From: Amphiscolops sp. MND2022
Taxonomy: Eukaryota
Assembly: GCA_964187785.1 (NCBI GenBank)
Contig: OZ076414.1
Location: 51,274,001-51,338,000 of the forward strand
Length of the DNA stretch: 64,000 nt
Reading direction: 5' to 3'
Shown: positions 49,725-62,400 of the stretch, piece after piece
Layout of the letters: every line of letters begins with the position of its first letter
Position numbering within the stretch: position 1 is the first letter of the stretch
Program-made: the position numbers and the translations under genes
The notes under the pieces: model-generated
What the model was told of the DNA's origin: nothing
What the model saw: the letters and a program-made list of their open reading frames with translations, nothing else
The model's database searches: none

Positions 49725-49797
49725 TATACAGAATATTGTATATACAAAATATTGTATATAAAAAATATTGGATATACAAAATATTGTATACACAGAA
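49725..49797. repeat. 16-bp near-palindromic minisatellite at the start of segment B (also in B2 and B3)
   Basis: About 4.5 copies of TATACAAAATATTGTA starting ~10 bp after the A|B junction. Confidence 0.85.
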
Positions 49798-50905
49798 TAA
49801 GGTGCACGGCACGTTTGATTGTTTGAAAGTGTAATGTAATGTAGATTGTGTTCTCAATGGCAATGAACAAAACCATTAACTCAAGTCATTCCGGGGAATT
49901 AGAAGCATACTTGGAAAATGCCCCTGCCAATTTTTGTCAAGATCACATTGTCAACACACTTCAACATTACTATCTTTTTCAATTAACTACTCACACCTCC
50001 CCTTGAAATCCCCGTACAACTTTTCCCTTACTCGTCCCTCTGAGCGAGCACTTAACCCGTAAGGAAATACAATCCCTTGCTTCTAGAGCTCCTTCACACT
50101 TTCTGAGAAGCCAACTAAAACAACTTATTCCACAGTGGAGGGAATTGGTTCTATTTTATGAACAATTAATGCGAATAACTACAACTGTGTATCCCCTCAT
50201 CTTAATTTTATTCCCTTTTTCCTCTTTCATTCTCCTAACCCCTTCAACCGACCCCTTCCTGATTTTTCTATGCATGATGCATAAACTGTTGCCTGTGCAC
50301 AAACTGTTGAGTGAAAACATATGATGCTTATATACATGTAAAACTTTCTTTTAATTTATATAATTTATCCATTTCACCTAACCAGTCATAAAAGCAAATG
50401 TGCCTGATTTGAACAAAATTTTTAGCAAACTGCAACCGCATTTGAGTTCAGATGGATATTGAAATTTTTCGGAAAAATGAATGAGTCTGGAAAAAGGTTG
50501 CTGGCTGGTATTGTGCCTATTGCTTCTTTTTAGCTTAGGGAACTTCAAAAATAACATTCATAGGCATGTACTAACAGAAAAATTGACCATCGTTACGCCT
50601 AGTAGTTGACGAAACCTTTTCTTCAATACTGTCAACTTTGAACTACATAATACTAACTTCCATTCTGCGCGAATATTCTACACGTATTGTTACTTGGATT
50701 TTATTCTTTGCCAGTACATAAAATTGTTCCAACTTACCAATCTCGTTCAGTCTGTGTTTTTAGATTGGTGTTTCCGTGATTTTTCAGTTTTGCTTTGTTT
50801 ATATTCGAAAACTGTTGACTTTCGAAAACTGTCGAACAATGTCCATATCCAATTCCTCCTCGTCAACTCCTTCCACATCTACACCCTCTACTTTCTTTCT
50901 CAACA

Positions 50906-51457
50906 TCCTCCTGTGTTGAAAAGTGGAAGCCCAAGACTCTCGCGGGTCGTATTGTTAAACCTGGCGACGTCACAAACATCAAGCAACTGAGACGACTGAA
51001 ATTGGAAATCAGGGAGCCGGAAACAGTATAGACATTGCTACCTGACCTTAAAGAAGAAGTGTTAAAGGTTACAAACATCGGACAGGGCCAGTATCAACGA
51101 GAGGCCTTCGTCATTGTAGGAGACGGTCAGGGATTGATAGGCCTTGGGAAGCGTTGTAGTTCCAACGACCGCGAGGCCATCGTCGGCGCGAAACGGAACG
51201 CTCGATTGTCATTGTTTCAAATAGAAGTTCCGCAGAACAAAACGGTACCCAAGGTCGTGACCGGAAACTTTGCGAACGTCACAGTGAAGCTGGAGCCCTT
51301 TGTTAAAGTCATTCTGGCACAACCGATGATAGTCCGCATACTAGAGATGGCGGGCTTCGAGGCTGCGCTACAAACGGGGAACTGTGAAAAAGGAACTGGA
51401 TCACTAATCGAGGCTGTTTTTGATGCGTTGAACAAACTTGTTAGTTCATTAGTTTGA
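50906..51457 (+). pseudogene. RPS2: Divergent uS5/RPS2 paralog, copy 2
   Basis: Same frame; TAG at 51029; no ATG exon. Confidence 0.85.
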
Positions 51458-53583
51458 CATTTTGTTTTCATTTATGAATTCAATTTCAACCTGCACTTAT
51501 CATTTTCTTGTGATAAATAGCTAGTTGAATGGATTCGTCCAACATGCGATAACTTGTTCCTTGGGTTCTCTTCCAAACATGTTGTGTTGTGGATAATGAA
51601 ACATCCGGCATGGACTTACTACGCCATAGTGCCAGGTGGTCCAGGGCGGCATTGATGAAACCTTGTCAACATGTTTGAGAGTTGTTTCTTGTTAAATTCC
51701 TCTTTACAAATCGAGTTTAGATACTCAAAGTTTCGTTTCCATACACGCTAGGTACATTTTACGGATATGGGGCCGCATTCAGGCCTGCGGGGGCAGCATT
51801 AAAGACCAGAATTTTGCTTTTATAGCCAAGCATTTTCCATATACAAATCTGTGTGCCATGCACGCCTAGCGGGCTATCATCATGGTCGAAGATGTTCAAC
51901 TGGCCAGAAGATCCGAATTTTTGTAGATTCGAAGTTTTTTGTTTTTTTTTCTGAGTGAAATCACAAAACATGGCTGAATAAGCCGTCTCATTTCAATTTG
52001 AATTCTTGATAAATCTTCAATTCATGAATTGATAAATCTTCATACTCGATCTCTCCTCCAAAGTCCAAATTGATATGAACTATTGAGAAATTGAGCGATC
52101 AGTTTCTAGTGATAGAGTGTTCAATTTTGAGTCAAAACCAGCGGTCAATGAGAAATCGAACAGTCGCTCCTCAAAATCAGAGGGAGTTATATTGAGAGTG
52201 AAAATTTTGAACTTAATAGGTATATGAATAATTTAAGAATCACCAAAAAGTGAAGGATCATTCCAGTAGGTTTGATACTGACAAATGAGATAAATTATCT
52301 GCAAAAATGTGAAAAATCAAGTCTATCATTGGAACATTCCAATTTGATTGAAAACGAATTCCAGTGATGGGTTTGGAGTTGGGTGCCAAAACTGAGTAAA
52401 TTGTTTATACAGAATATTGTATATACAAAATATTGTATATAAAAAATATTGGATATACAAAATATTGTATACACAGAATAAGGTGCACGGCACGTTTGAT
52501 TGTTTGAAAGTGTAATGTAATGTAGATTGTGTTCTCAATGGCAATGAACAAAACCATTAACTCAAGTCATTCCGGGGAATTAGAAGCATACTTGGAAAAT
52601 GCCCCTGCCAATTTTTGTCAAGATCACATTGTCAACACACTTCAACATTACTATCTTTTTCAATTAACTACTCACACCTCCCCTTGAAATCCCCGTACAA
52701 CTTTTCCCTTACTCGTCCCTCTGAGCGAGCACTTAACCCGTAAGGAAATACAATCCCTTGCTTCTAGAGCTCCTTCACACTTTCTGAGAAGCCAACTAAA
52801 ACAACTTATTCCACAGTGGAGGGAATTGGTTCTATTTTATGAACAATTAATGCGAATAACTACAACTGTGTATCCCCTCATCTTAATTTTATTCCCTTTT
52901 TCCTCTTTCATTCTCCTAACCCCTTCAACCGACCCCTTCCTGATTTTTCTATGCATGATGCATAAACTGTTGCCTGTGCACAAACTGTTGAGTGAAAACA
53001 TATGCTTATATACATGTAAAACTTTCTTTTAATTTATATAATTTATCCATTTCACCTAACCAGTCATAAAAGCAAATGTGCCTGATTTGAACAAAATTTT
53101 TAGCAAACTGCAACCGCATTTGAGTTCAGATGGATATTGAAATTTTTCGGAAAAATGAATGAGTCTGGAAAAAGGTTGCTGGCTGGTATTGTGCCTATTG
53201 CTTCTTTTTAGCTTAGGGAACTTCAAAAATAACATTCATAGGCATGTACTAACAGAAAAATTGACCATCGTTACGCCTAGTAGTTGACGAAACCTTTTCT
53301 TCAATACTGTCAACTTTGAACTACATAATACTAACTTCCATTCTGCGCGAATATTCTACACGTATTGTTACTTGGATTTTATTCTTTGCCAGTACATAAA
53401 ATTGTTCCAACTTACCAATCTCGTTCAGTCTGTGTTTTTAGATTGGTGTTTCCGTGATTTTTCAGTTTTGCTTTGTTTATATTCGAAAACTGTTGACTTT
53501 CGAAAACTGTCGAACAATGTCCATATCCAATTCCTCCTCGTCAACTCCTTCCACATCTACACCCTCTACTTTCTTTCTCAACA

Positions 53584-54116
53584 TCCTCCTGTGTTGAAAA
53601 GTGGAAGCCCAAGACTCTCGCGGGTCGTATTGTTAAACCTGGCGACGTCACAAACATCAAGCAACTGAGACGGAGCCGGAAACAGTATAGACATTGCTAC
53701 CTGACCTTAAAGAAGAAGTGTTAAAGGTTACAAACATCGGACAGGGCCAGTATCAACGAGAGGCCTTCGTCATTGTAGGAGACGGTCAGGGATTGATAGG
53801 CCTTGGGAAGCGTTGTAGTTCCAACGACCGCGAGGCCATCGTCGGCGCGAAACGGAACGCTCGATTGTCATTGTTTCAAATAGAAGTTCCGCAGAACAAA
53901 ACGGTACCCAAGGTCGTGACCGGAAACTTTGCGAACGTCACAGTGAAGCTGGAGCCCTTTGTTAAAGTCATTCTGGCACAACCGATGATAGTCCGCATAC
54001 TAGAGATGGCGGGCTTCGAGGCTGCGCTACAAACGGGGAACTGTGAAAAAGGAACTGGATCACTAATCGAGGCTGTTTTTGATGCGTTGAACAAACTTGT
54101 TAGTTCATTAGTTTGA
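53584..54116 (+). pseudogene. RPS2: Divergent uS5/RPS2 paralog, copy 3
   Basis: 19-nt deletion near 53672 plus TAG at 53688; no ATG exon. Confidence 0.85.
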
Positions 54117-56245
54117 CATTTTGTTTTCATTTATGAATTCAATTTCAACCTGCACTTATCATTTTCTTGTGATAAATAGCTAGTTGAATGGATTCGTCCA
54201 ACATGCGATAACTTGTTCCTTGGGTTCTCTTCCAAACATGTTGTGTTGTGGATAATGAAACATCCGGCATGGACTTACTACGCCATAGTGCCAGGTGGTC
54301 CAGGGCGGCATTGATGAAACCTTGTCAACATGTTTGAGAGTTGTTTCTTGTTAAATTCCTCTTTACAAATCGAGTTTAGATACTCAAAGTTTCGTTTCCA
54401 TACACGCTAGGTACATTTTACGGATATGGGGCCGCATTCAGGCCTGCGGGGGCAGCATTAAAGACCAGAATTTTGCTTTTATAGCCAAGCATTTTCCATA
54501 TACAAATCTGTGTGCCATGCACGCCTAGCGGGCTATCATCATGGTCGAAGATGTTCAACTGGCCAGAAGATCCGAATTTTTGTAGATTCGAAGTTTTTTG
54601 TTTTTTTTTCTGAGTGAAATCACAAAACATGGCTGAATAAGCCGTCTCATTTCAATTTGAATTCTTGATAAATCTTCAATTCATGAATTGATAAATCTTC
54701 ATACTCGATCTCTCCTCCAAAGTCCAAATTGATATGAACTATTGAGAAATTGAGCGATCAGTTTCTAGTGATAGAGTGTTCAATTTTGAGTCAAAACCAG
54801 CGGTCAATGAGAAATCGAACAGTCGCTCCTCAAAATCAGAGGGAGTTATATTGAGAGTGAAAATTTTGAACTTAATAGGTATATGAATAATTTAAGAATC
54901 ACCAAAAAGTGAAGGATCATTCCAGTAGGTTTGATACTGACAAATGAGATAAATTATCTGCAAAAATGTGAAAAATCAAGTCTATCATTGGAACATTCCA
55001 ATTTGATTGAAAACGAATTCCAGTGATGGGTTTGGAGTTGGGTGCCAAAACTGAGTAAATTGTTTATACAGAATATTGTATATACAAAATATTGTATATA
55101 AAAAATATTGGATATACAAAATATTGTATACACAGAATAAGGTGCACGGCACGTTTGATTGTTTGAAAGTGTAATGTAATGTAGATTGTGTTCTCAATGG
55201 CAATGAACAAAACCATTAACTCAAGTCATTCCGGGGAATTAGAAGCATACTTGGAAAATGCCCCTGCCAATTTTTGTCAAGATCACATTGTCAACACACT
55301 TCAACATTACTATCTTTTTCAATTAACTACTCACACCTCCCCTTGAAATCCCCGTACAACTTTTCCCTTACTCGTCCCTCTGAGCGAGCACTTAACCCGT
55401 AAGGAAATACAATCCCTTGCTTCTAGAGCTCCTTCACACTTTCTGAGAAGCCAACTAAAACAACTTATTCCACAGTGGAGGGAATTGGTTCTATTTTATG
55501 AACAATTAATGCGAATAACTACAACTGTGTATCCCCTCATCTTAATTTTATTCCCTTTTTCCTCTTTCATTCTCCTAACCCCTTCAACCGACCCCTTCCT
55601 GATTTTTCTATGCATGATGCATAAACTGTTGCCTGTGCACAAACTGTTGAGTGAAAACATATGATGCTTATATACATGTAAAACTTTCTTTTAATTTATA
55701 TAATTTATCCATTTCACCTAACCAGTCATAAAAGCAAATGTGCCTGATTTGAACAAAATTTTTAGCAAACTGCAACCGCATTTGAGTTCAGATGGATATT
55801 GAAATTTTTCGGAAAAATGAATGAGTCTGGAAAAAGGTTGCTGGCTGGTATTGTGCCTATTGCTTCTTTTTAGCTTAGGGAACTTCAAAAATAACATTCA
55901 TAGGCATGTACTAACAGAAAAATTGACCATCGTTACGCCTAGTAGTTGACGAAACCTTTTCTTCAATACTGTCAACTTTGAACTACATAATACTAACTTC
56001 CACTCTGCGCGAATATTCTACACGTATTGTTACTTGGATTTTATTCTTTGCCAGTACATAAAATTGTTCCAACTTACCAATCTCGTTCAGTCTGTGTTTT
56101 TAGATTGGTGTTTCCGTGATTTTTCAGTTTTGCTTTGTTTATATTCGAAAACTGTTGACTTTCGAAAACTGTCGAACAATGTCCATATCCAATTCCTCCT
56201 CGTCAACTCCTTCCACATCTACACCCTCTACTTTCTTTCTCAACA

Positions 56246-56791
56246 TCCTCCTGTGTTGAAAAGTGGAAGCCCAAGACTCTCGCGGGTCATATTGTTAAAC
56301 CTGGCGACGTCACAAACATCAAGCAACTGAGACGACTGAAATTGGAAATCAGGGAGCCGGAAACAGTATACACATTGCTACCTGACCTTAAAGAAGAAGT
56401 GTTAAAGGTTACAAACATCGGACAGGGCCAGTATCAACGAGAGGCCTTCGTCATTGTAGGAGACGGTCAGGGATTGATAGGCCTTGGGAAGCGTTGTAGT
56501 TCCAACGACCGCGAGGCCATCGTCGGCGCGAAACGGAACGCTCGATTGTCATTGTTTCAAATAGAAGTTCCGCAGAACAAAACGGTACCCAAGGTCGTGA
56601 CCGGAAACTTTGCGAACGTCACAGTGAAGCTGGAGCCCTTTGTTAAAGTCATTCTGGCACAACCGATGATAGTCCGCATACTAGAGATGGCGGGCTTCGA
56701 GGCTGCGCTACAAACGGGGAACTGTGAAAAATCAACTGGATCACTAATCGAGGCTGTTTTTGATGCGTTGAACAAACTTGTTAGTTCATGA
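56246..56791 (+). CDS. RPS2: Divergent uS5/RPS2 paralog, copy 4 (open 181-codon body, no in-frame start found)
   Basis: WKPKTLAGHIVK..IREPETVYTLLPDLKEEVL..AFVIVGDGQGLIGLG..AI.GAK..A.LS..TVPKVVTG..VTVKL..ILEMAG..AVFDAL aligns with uS5. TAC at 56369 where the other copies have TAG. Confidence 0.7.
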   Translation, partial: SSCVEKWKPKTLAGHIVKPGDVTNIKQLRRLKLEIREPETVYTLLPDLKEEVLKVTNIGQGQYQREAFVIVGDGQGLIGLGKRCSSNDREAIVGAKRNARLSLFQIEVPQNKTVPKVVTGNFANVTVKLEPFVKVILAQPMIVRILEMAGFEAALQTGNCEKSTGSLIEAVFDALNKLVSS

Positions 56792-59711
56792 GTTTGACAT
56801 TTTGTTTTCATTTATGAATTCAATTTCAACCTGCACTTATCATTTTCTTGTGATAAATACCTAGTTGAATGGATTCGTCCAACATAAGATAACTTGTTCC
56901 TTGGGTTCTCTTCCAAACATGTTGTGTTGTGGATAATGAAACATCTGGCATGGACTTGCTTACTACGCTATAATCCCAGGTGGTCCAGGGCGGCAATAAT
57001 GAAACCTTATCAACATGTTTGAGACTTGTTTCTTGTTAAATTCCTCTTAACAAATTGAGTTTAGATACTGAAAGTTTCGTTTCCATACACGCTAGGTACA
57101 TTTTACGGATATGGGGCCGCATTCAGCCCTGCGGGGGCAGCATTAAAGACCAGAATTTTGCTTTTATAGCCAAGCATTTTCCATATACAAATCTGTGTGC
57201 CATGCACGCCTAGCGGGCTATCATCATGGTCGAAGATGTTTAACTGGCCAGAAGATCCGGATTTTTAGTAGATTCGAAGTTTTTTGTTTTTTTTTCCTGA
57301 GTGAAATCACAAAACTTGGCTGAATTAGCCGTTTCATTTCAATTTGAATTCTTGATAAATCTTCAATTCATGAATTGATAAATCTTCATAGTCGATCTCT
57401 CCTCGAAAGTCCAAATTGAGATGAACTATTGAGAAATTGAGCGATCAGTTTCTAGTGATAGAGTGTTCAATTTTGAGTCAAAACCAGCGGTCAATGAGAA
57501 ATCGACCAGCCGCTCCACAAAATCAGAGGGAGTTATATTGAGAGTGAAAATTTTGAACTTAATAGGTATATGAATTATTTAAGAATCAGCAAAAAGTGAA
57601 GGATCATTCCAGTAGGTTTGATACTGACAAATGGGATAAATTATCTGCAAATATGTGAAAAATCAAGTCTATCATTGGAACATTCCAATTTGATTGAAAA
57701 CGAATTCCAGTGATGGGTTTGAAGTTGGGTGCCAAAACTGATGTGATATTTCTATTCGGCTGAAAAATCTATCAGGAATTTTACCTAAACATTCTAGGGC
57801 AATTCATTCATCTGCCAAAATTTAAATCATGACCCTGTTTTTTTTCTGGTTTTGTTTTTTAGCCATGATAACTTTAAAAAATTAGCTCCAAGTAGAGAAA
57901 GTTGGATCTTAGTGAAGCTCTAGTTCAAATCAAGTTGAGTGCAACAAAATACTCAGTTTATCACAAATCAACGGTCAAACTCGAAATTTCAATTGGTTCG
58001 CTTCTCCGCCGCTTGTCAGTAAATTTTGGAACTCTTGGTGCCTGCTACAACCAAGTGCAACTCAGGAAGTTTACAAATTCCGAATTTCCGATTCTTTATC
58101 CCAGCCAGGGATGATGTGACACGGGAGATGTGACAGTGGGAGCCGACATCAAATGACAGTTTTCTCGTGTTAGTATTTTTGTCGAGTAGGCTCTCCAACA
58201 GCGTATATGGGTGATTGTTACAAAAGTGTAGGTCTCAAAGGAGCGTCGATTTCGAAGATGATGATCATCAGTGAGGTGCTTCTTCACTCAGATTCGTTCT
58301 TGAAGCAGCAAATCTGAGATTAAAATATTATTTCATTGAGTTGGAGAACACGCGTTAAGACGAGCCCACATGAATTCGGACTATGTAAAGAGATAGGTGA
58401 TAAAAGAGTGGGCAGGATACCTGATTATTAGGGCTATAGTATATAGAATTAGATTAGGGTTGATATAGTATATAGAAAGAGCATGAACAACAACAAAATA
58501 CCAGATTACTACGTGGAATCTACTCATGAAGAGGCAGATGCTCCTGCATCATCTGGTTCAATTGCAGCTCGCTCCTCTGTCTGTCTCCTTCCTTTGTTGT
58601 TGTGCCCGTCCCCTCTTCTTTGTGGTCCCTCCTATGGAGCCGGTGGCTGGGACTAGTCGTCCGGACATATCTGCGCCTGTTGGGGCACCGGGGCTGTCCG
58701 CTTTTCCCGTTCAGCGTTAGCACGGTTTATTAACACCGGGTGATATACAAAGATCGGGAGACACTTATGGACATCTATGATTGGGGGATGTCCGGCAATT
58801 ACAAGCTGGTTGTTTAGGTTGTGCTCGTTGGTAGCGTGGGTTTCTTACAAAATACCTGTGAGGGTTGTTGAGAGGGTTCGGAAAAACTTTTGGTCCAAAA
58901 TTGTTCTCTCTCAAAATTGCATGAAGAAGCAGAAAACACTTCTGTGACCCGCTTTATCGTTGTTATAAAGGTGATCAAAATGTTTTGTCAAACGAGATCA
59001 TCATGATGTCCAAGTTCTTTGTGATGACTTCAAGCGAGGCTGTGTTTATGTGCGTCATCACGTCAGAGTTTTTCCTTTTTACGATGGAGAAATTTTCCTT
59101 GGCTGTGAAGATAGTGCGCCAATTAACATCCACCGAGTTTGAAACATATGCGGAAATCAGGAAGCGCAATCAGTTTGAGAGCTTCTTGAGTACAAGTGCG
59201 CGAAGTGAGCCTATGTAATGGAAGATTTCAAAATGCTACACTTTCATAACAAATTTTTCCGAAACATTTGTTGGGGAAACCATTTAGAAGTTTGTGCTGA
59301 ATTCAAAAATTTATTCAAACGCATGGATTCGGTTGATGACGACGACGATATTGTTGATGAAATGTTGCATGGAGGTGCCGCTAGTTCCTTCTAAATAGAA
59401 TCTACGCAAGCTATTTACCAAGGAGTTCGTATGTTCAAAGTCTTCATTGAAAAAGGGAACCAACTGAAATTTTCCTTGGGGAAAGTGGGCTGTCTCTATC
59501 TGGAAACGTTCTCCCCAATTTCACCGGGCCTCCATCACACGTGGAAGGTTTCTGAACACGATTCGATTGAAAATGATCATGTGAAATTTCATTTTCTTTC
59601 ACTTTTGAAATCAAACGTAAATTGAACATGTCAGGTATGAAATGAAAACAAGCCTTTAATGTCATTCAAATCAGAACAAAATCACTGTAAAGACTAGAAA
59701 GACTGATTTGA

Positions 59712-60055
59712 TGTCGAGATATCCATCATTATATCCAAAAGACAAAACTTAGTTTATAAGGACCTGCCCAACGAAGATGTGGACCAATAAGAACGACCAG
59801 CCAATGAGAGAAGGCCAAAAGTAGAAGACAGAAGAAATCTCATAAATCGCTAATTGTAAAGTTTTATGACTAGATTTGTGTCTTGAATAACTTTTTCTGC
59901 ACTTTTACCACTCCAGAGAAAATAAGTATTGAGAGCGTTCAGACTCTCAACCAAGTTATGAGTGACCCAAAGAACACAAGGAAGCTAAAACTACTGAGAT
60001 AAATCAGAATTTAAAATTAAATAAGTCTTTCCGCTCTTAGGCCACAGTCATTACA
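59712..60055. repeat. Solo-LTR-like repeat, copy a
   Basis: TGTC...CATTACA termini; diverged homolog at 62771-63173. Confidence 0.55.
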
Positions 60056-61478
60056 AGGTGACAGGAGTCATCAGTTTCTATGGCTCTCTAGTTACGTTCC
60101 CATGTCTCTACTGAATCGTGATCCACTTGAAGCCGTCATTGAATCGGTACACTACATGCAGATCTTTGCCAAAGACCATCTGACTCTCCCTATCCCGTAT
60201 GTTGATCTCTCATACTATGAAGCCCAGCTGCTTCGCGATGTAAATACTCTCCGGAAGGTTTGCTGCTAACAATATCAATTCTGTTGGCTTCGTCACAGAC
60301 AAGGTTCACTGTGTATGAGTCGATTCTTTTGCCTATGCCGCAACTGGACTCTCCTGGTGTTACCATCATGTGCGACCTCCAGGCTCCCTACTTGGCGATC
60401 TCAAACGATGCTTGACAAAATGCTACCTGTCATGCGACCAGTTGTCGCGTTGCATAGTTCTTCGCGCTATAGCATATGCCATCGAGGTTTAGCCAAAGCT
60501 GGACGAGATCCTTCTCGCTTGAGCAATGAAATATGCGTCGTTTACCCAGTAAAGCTCATGCAACTAACTTGAGATGTGGCATTTGGTTAATGAAACGAGC
60601 CACTAATGGTTTTTAAATGGAGGAATTGTCCTTGGAAGCGCCATCTCCCCTTCCGATCACCTCTTATGATGGTTATACGATATGCATAATCACTCTAGCA
60701 TGTGGCCACAAGCGCATTGGTTCAGATATCACGGTACTATCTGATTTAGAAAGTTGTGATGCTGTTCCCCCAACTTTTATCCATGTTGACTTGCCCGATG
60801 CACTGTCATGTTCTAAGCATTTGCCCCCTTTAGATCAGCTACCCACTTATAATACCAAGACTTCTTCAAACCTCGACCTCTTACATTCACTCAAAATTGC
60901 CCTGAAGATGATTGATTTAAAGCTGGCACTCCAACCACAATTATCTTCCGCCTCGAATTCTTAAATGTCCCTTCACATGGGTCTCGTTAGTTTTATAGTT
61001 TCAATCTTCTAATCTCCTAGTGGAATTTCTGTACAATAAATTAGCCCATTTCAAGGAAATCCTTCCGCTAAAACTACGTCATACTGAATAGGATACACCT
61101 ATTTGTCTCCGCCCACTTGTAACCACTTCAACTGAGAATGATTACCATAATCTAAAGGACAACAAATGTCTTCGAAAAACCCCATATTCTCACGCCATCA
61201 ATTATTGACAAAAACTCTCCAGGACATCAACTCTATAACGAAAATGAAGATATCCACCATTCTCAAGGTTTTCTCTGATGAAACCACCTTCTTCCTTTTG
61301 GATTCTTAAGTGCTTTGTGTGACTCATTTGTTTCCTAACATGTTTTGATTTCTCTCTAAATTTCTGAAGCCTCTCTAATTTTCTTAACATGCTGTATTCA
61401 TGCTTGTACATCCTATTTTCTCTACTCACTTCACAAGTCGAGGCATTCCTTCGTTTTTCTTTTCTTATATCCTTCCTT

Positions 61479-62400
61479 TTATTGAGGCTTCGAGCGAGCG
61501 AAGCGAAGCGACGAAGTCTCTATTGTTCCGCGTTTACTAGCGTTTTGGTTTTTTTTTCGCGTGACATACCCTCTGCATTTGTATTAATTGAAGGCTATTT
61601 TCTCAGAGCCTATTTTTCCGCGACCATCCAAACTTTCCAAAAACAAACGCAACTTGATGCTCTTTCTAACCGTGTAAAAACTTTCCGAAAATTTTCCACC
61701 GGCGCGATTTTATTAGCTTCGAAAGCGCGAAATTTTCGAAAATTTTTAGGGTTTTTGTCGATTTTGCTATTTTACTTTTCGCAAACCAAAGCGAATTGGC
61801 CCGATGTAGGTACTAACCGACGTAAAACGATGTTTTCTTTAATTTGGTGAAAGTTTTTTATCCTAGAATTATTGGGCTTTGCGAAAATGACCATTAAAAA
61901 TAGGAAAACTTTTCGGTTTTTTTGCGTAAAAAATTTCTCTACCTATTTTCAAGTAGCAATATGTTCTAATCCAAGCAGTGGTGTTTCTACTCGATAACAG
62001 GTCTGCTTAGCTGCCCAAAGTTAGAAATTGGAAAGTCACAACGTTTACGTCGGACAGATAGAGACAAAAAAGTTTTCAAATTTTTTGAATTTTTGATAAA
62101 TTGCTCTCTTTATTCAATTTTGTAAAAGTTTTGGCCTATTTTCTCGGAGCCTAATACTTCGAGACCATCCAAAAACTCAACAAATTGTTGGAACTGAATT
62201 TGTTGGTGAAGATTTAAATGTTGTTGGATTTTCGGGCAGTGAGAAAATAGCGATTCAATATCGAAAATTTTTTTGGAACATAATTTTTTTCGAAAATTTT
62301 GGAGCTTTCACTGATTTTGCTCATTTCTACATTACAACATTTTTAGAACTGAAAGTATACTTGCTAGTGATGGCACATATCAACCGTCCTATTGATAACT
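61479..62400 (+). mobile_element. Probable non-autonomous interspersed element (Helentron/HINE-like)
   Basis: Starts TTATTGAGGCTTCGAGCGAGCGAAGCGAAGCGACGAAG and has internal duplications; the right boundary is uncertain. Confidence 0.35.

Larger units (their letters stand above)
48227..57741 (+). repeat. Tandem array A-B-A-B-A-B-A with a ~2.68-kb period
   Basis: A units start at 48227, 50906, 53584 and 56246 (TCCTCCTGTGTTGAAAAG). A is ~1.49 kb and B ~1.19 kb; the last A ends at 57741 with no B. Confidence 0.96.

Noticed and set aside
48121-56791. Archaeal contamination as the source of the uS5-like ORF
   Set aside because: It is embedded in host-type DNA next to a host-gene duplicate, has a plausible spliceosomal intron, and has no prokaryotic ribosomal-operon neighbours.
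58337-58526. TGAGT...ACTCA 190-bp possible solo LTR
   Set aside because: Only a 5-bp terminal inverted match, no TSD, and no second copy in the window.
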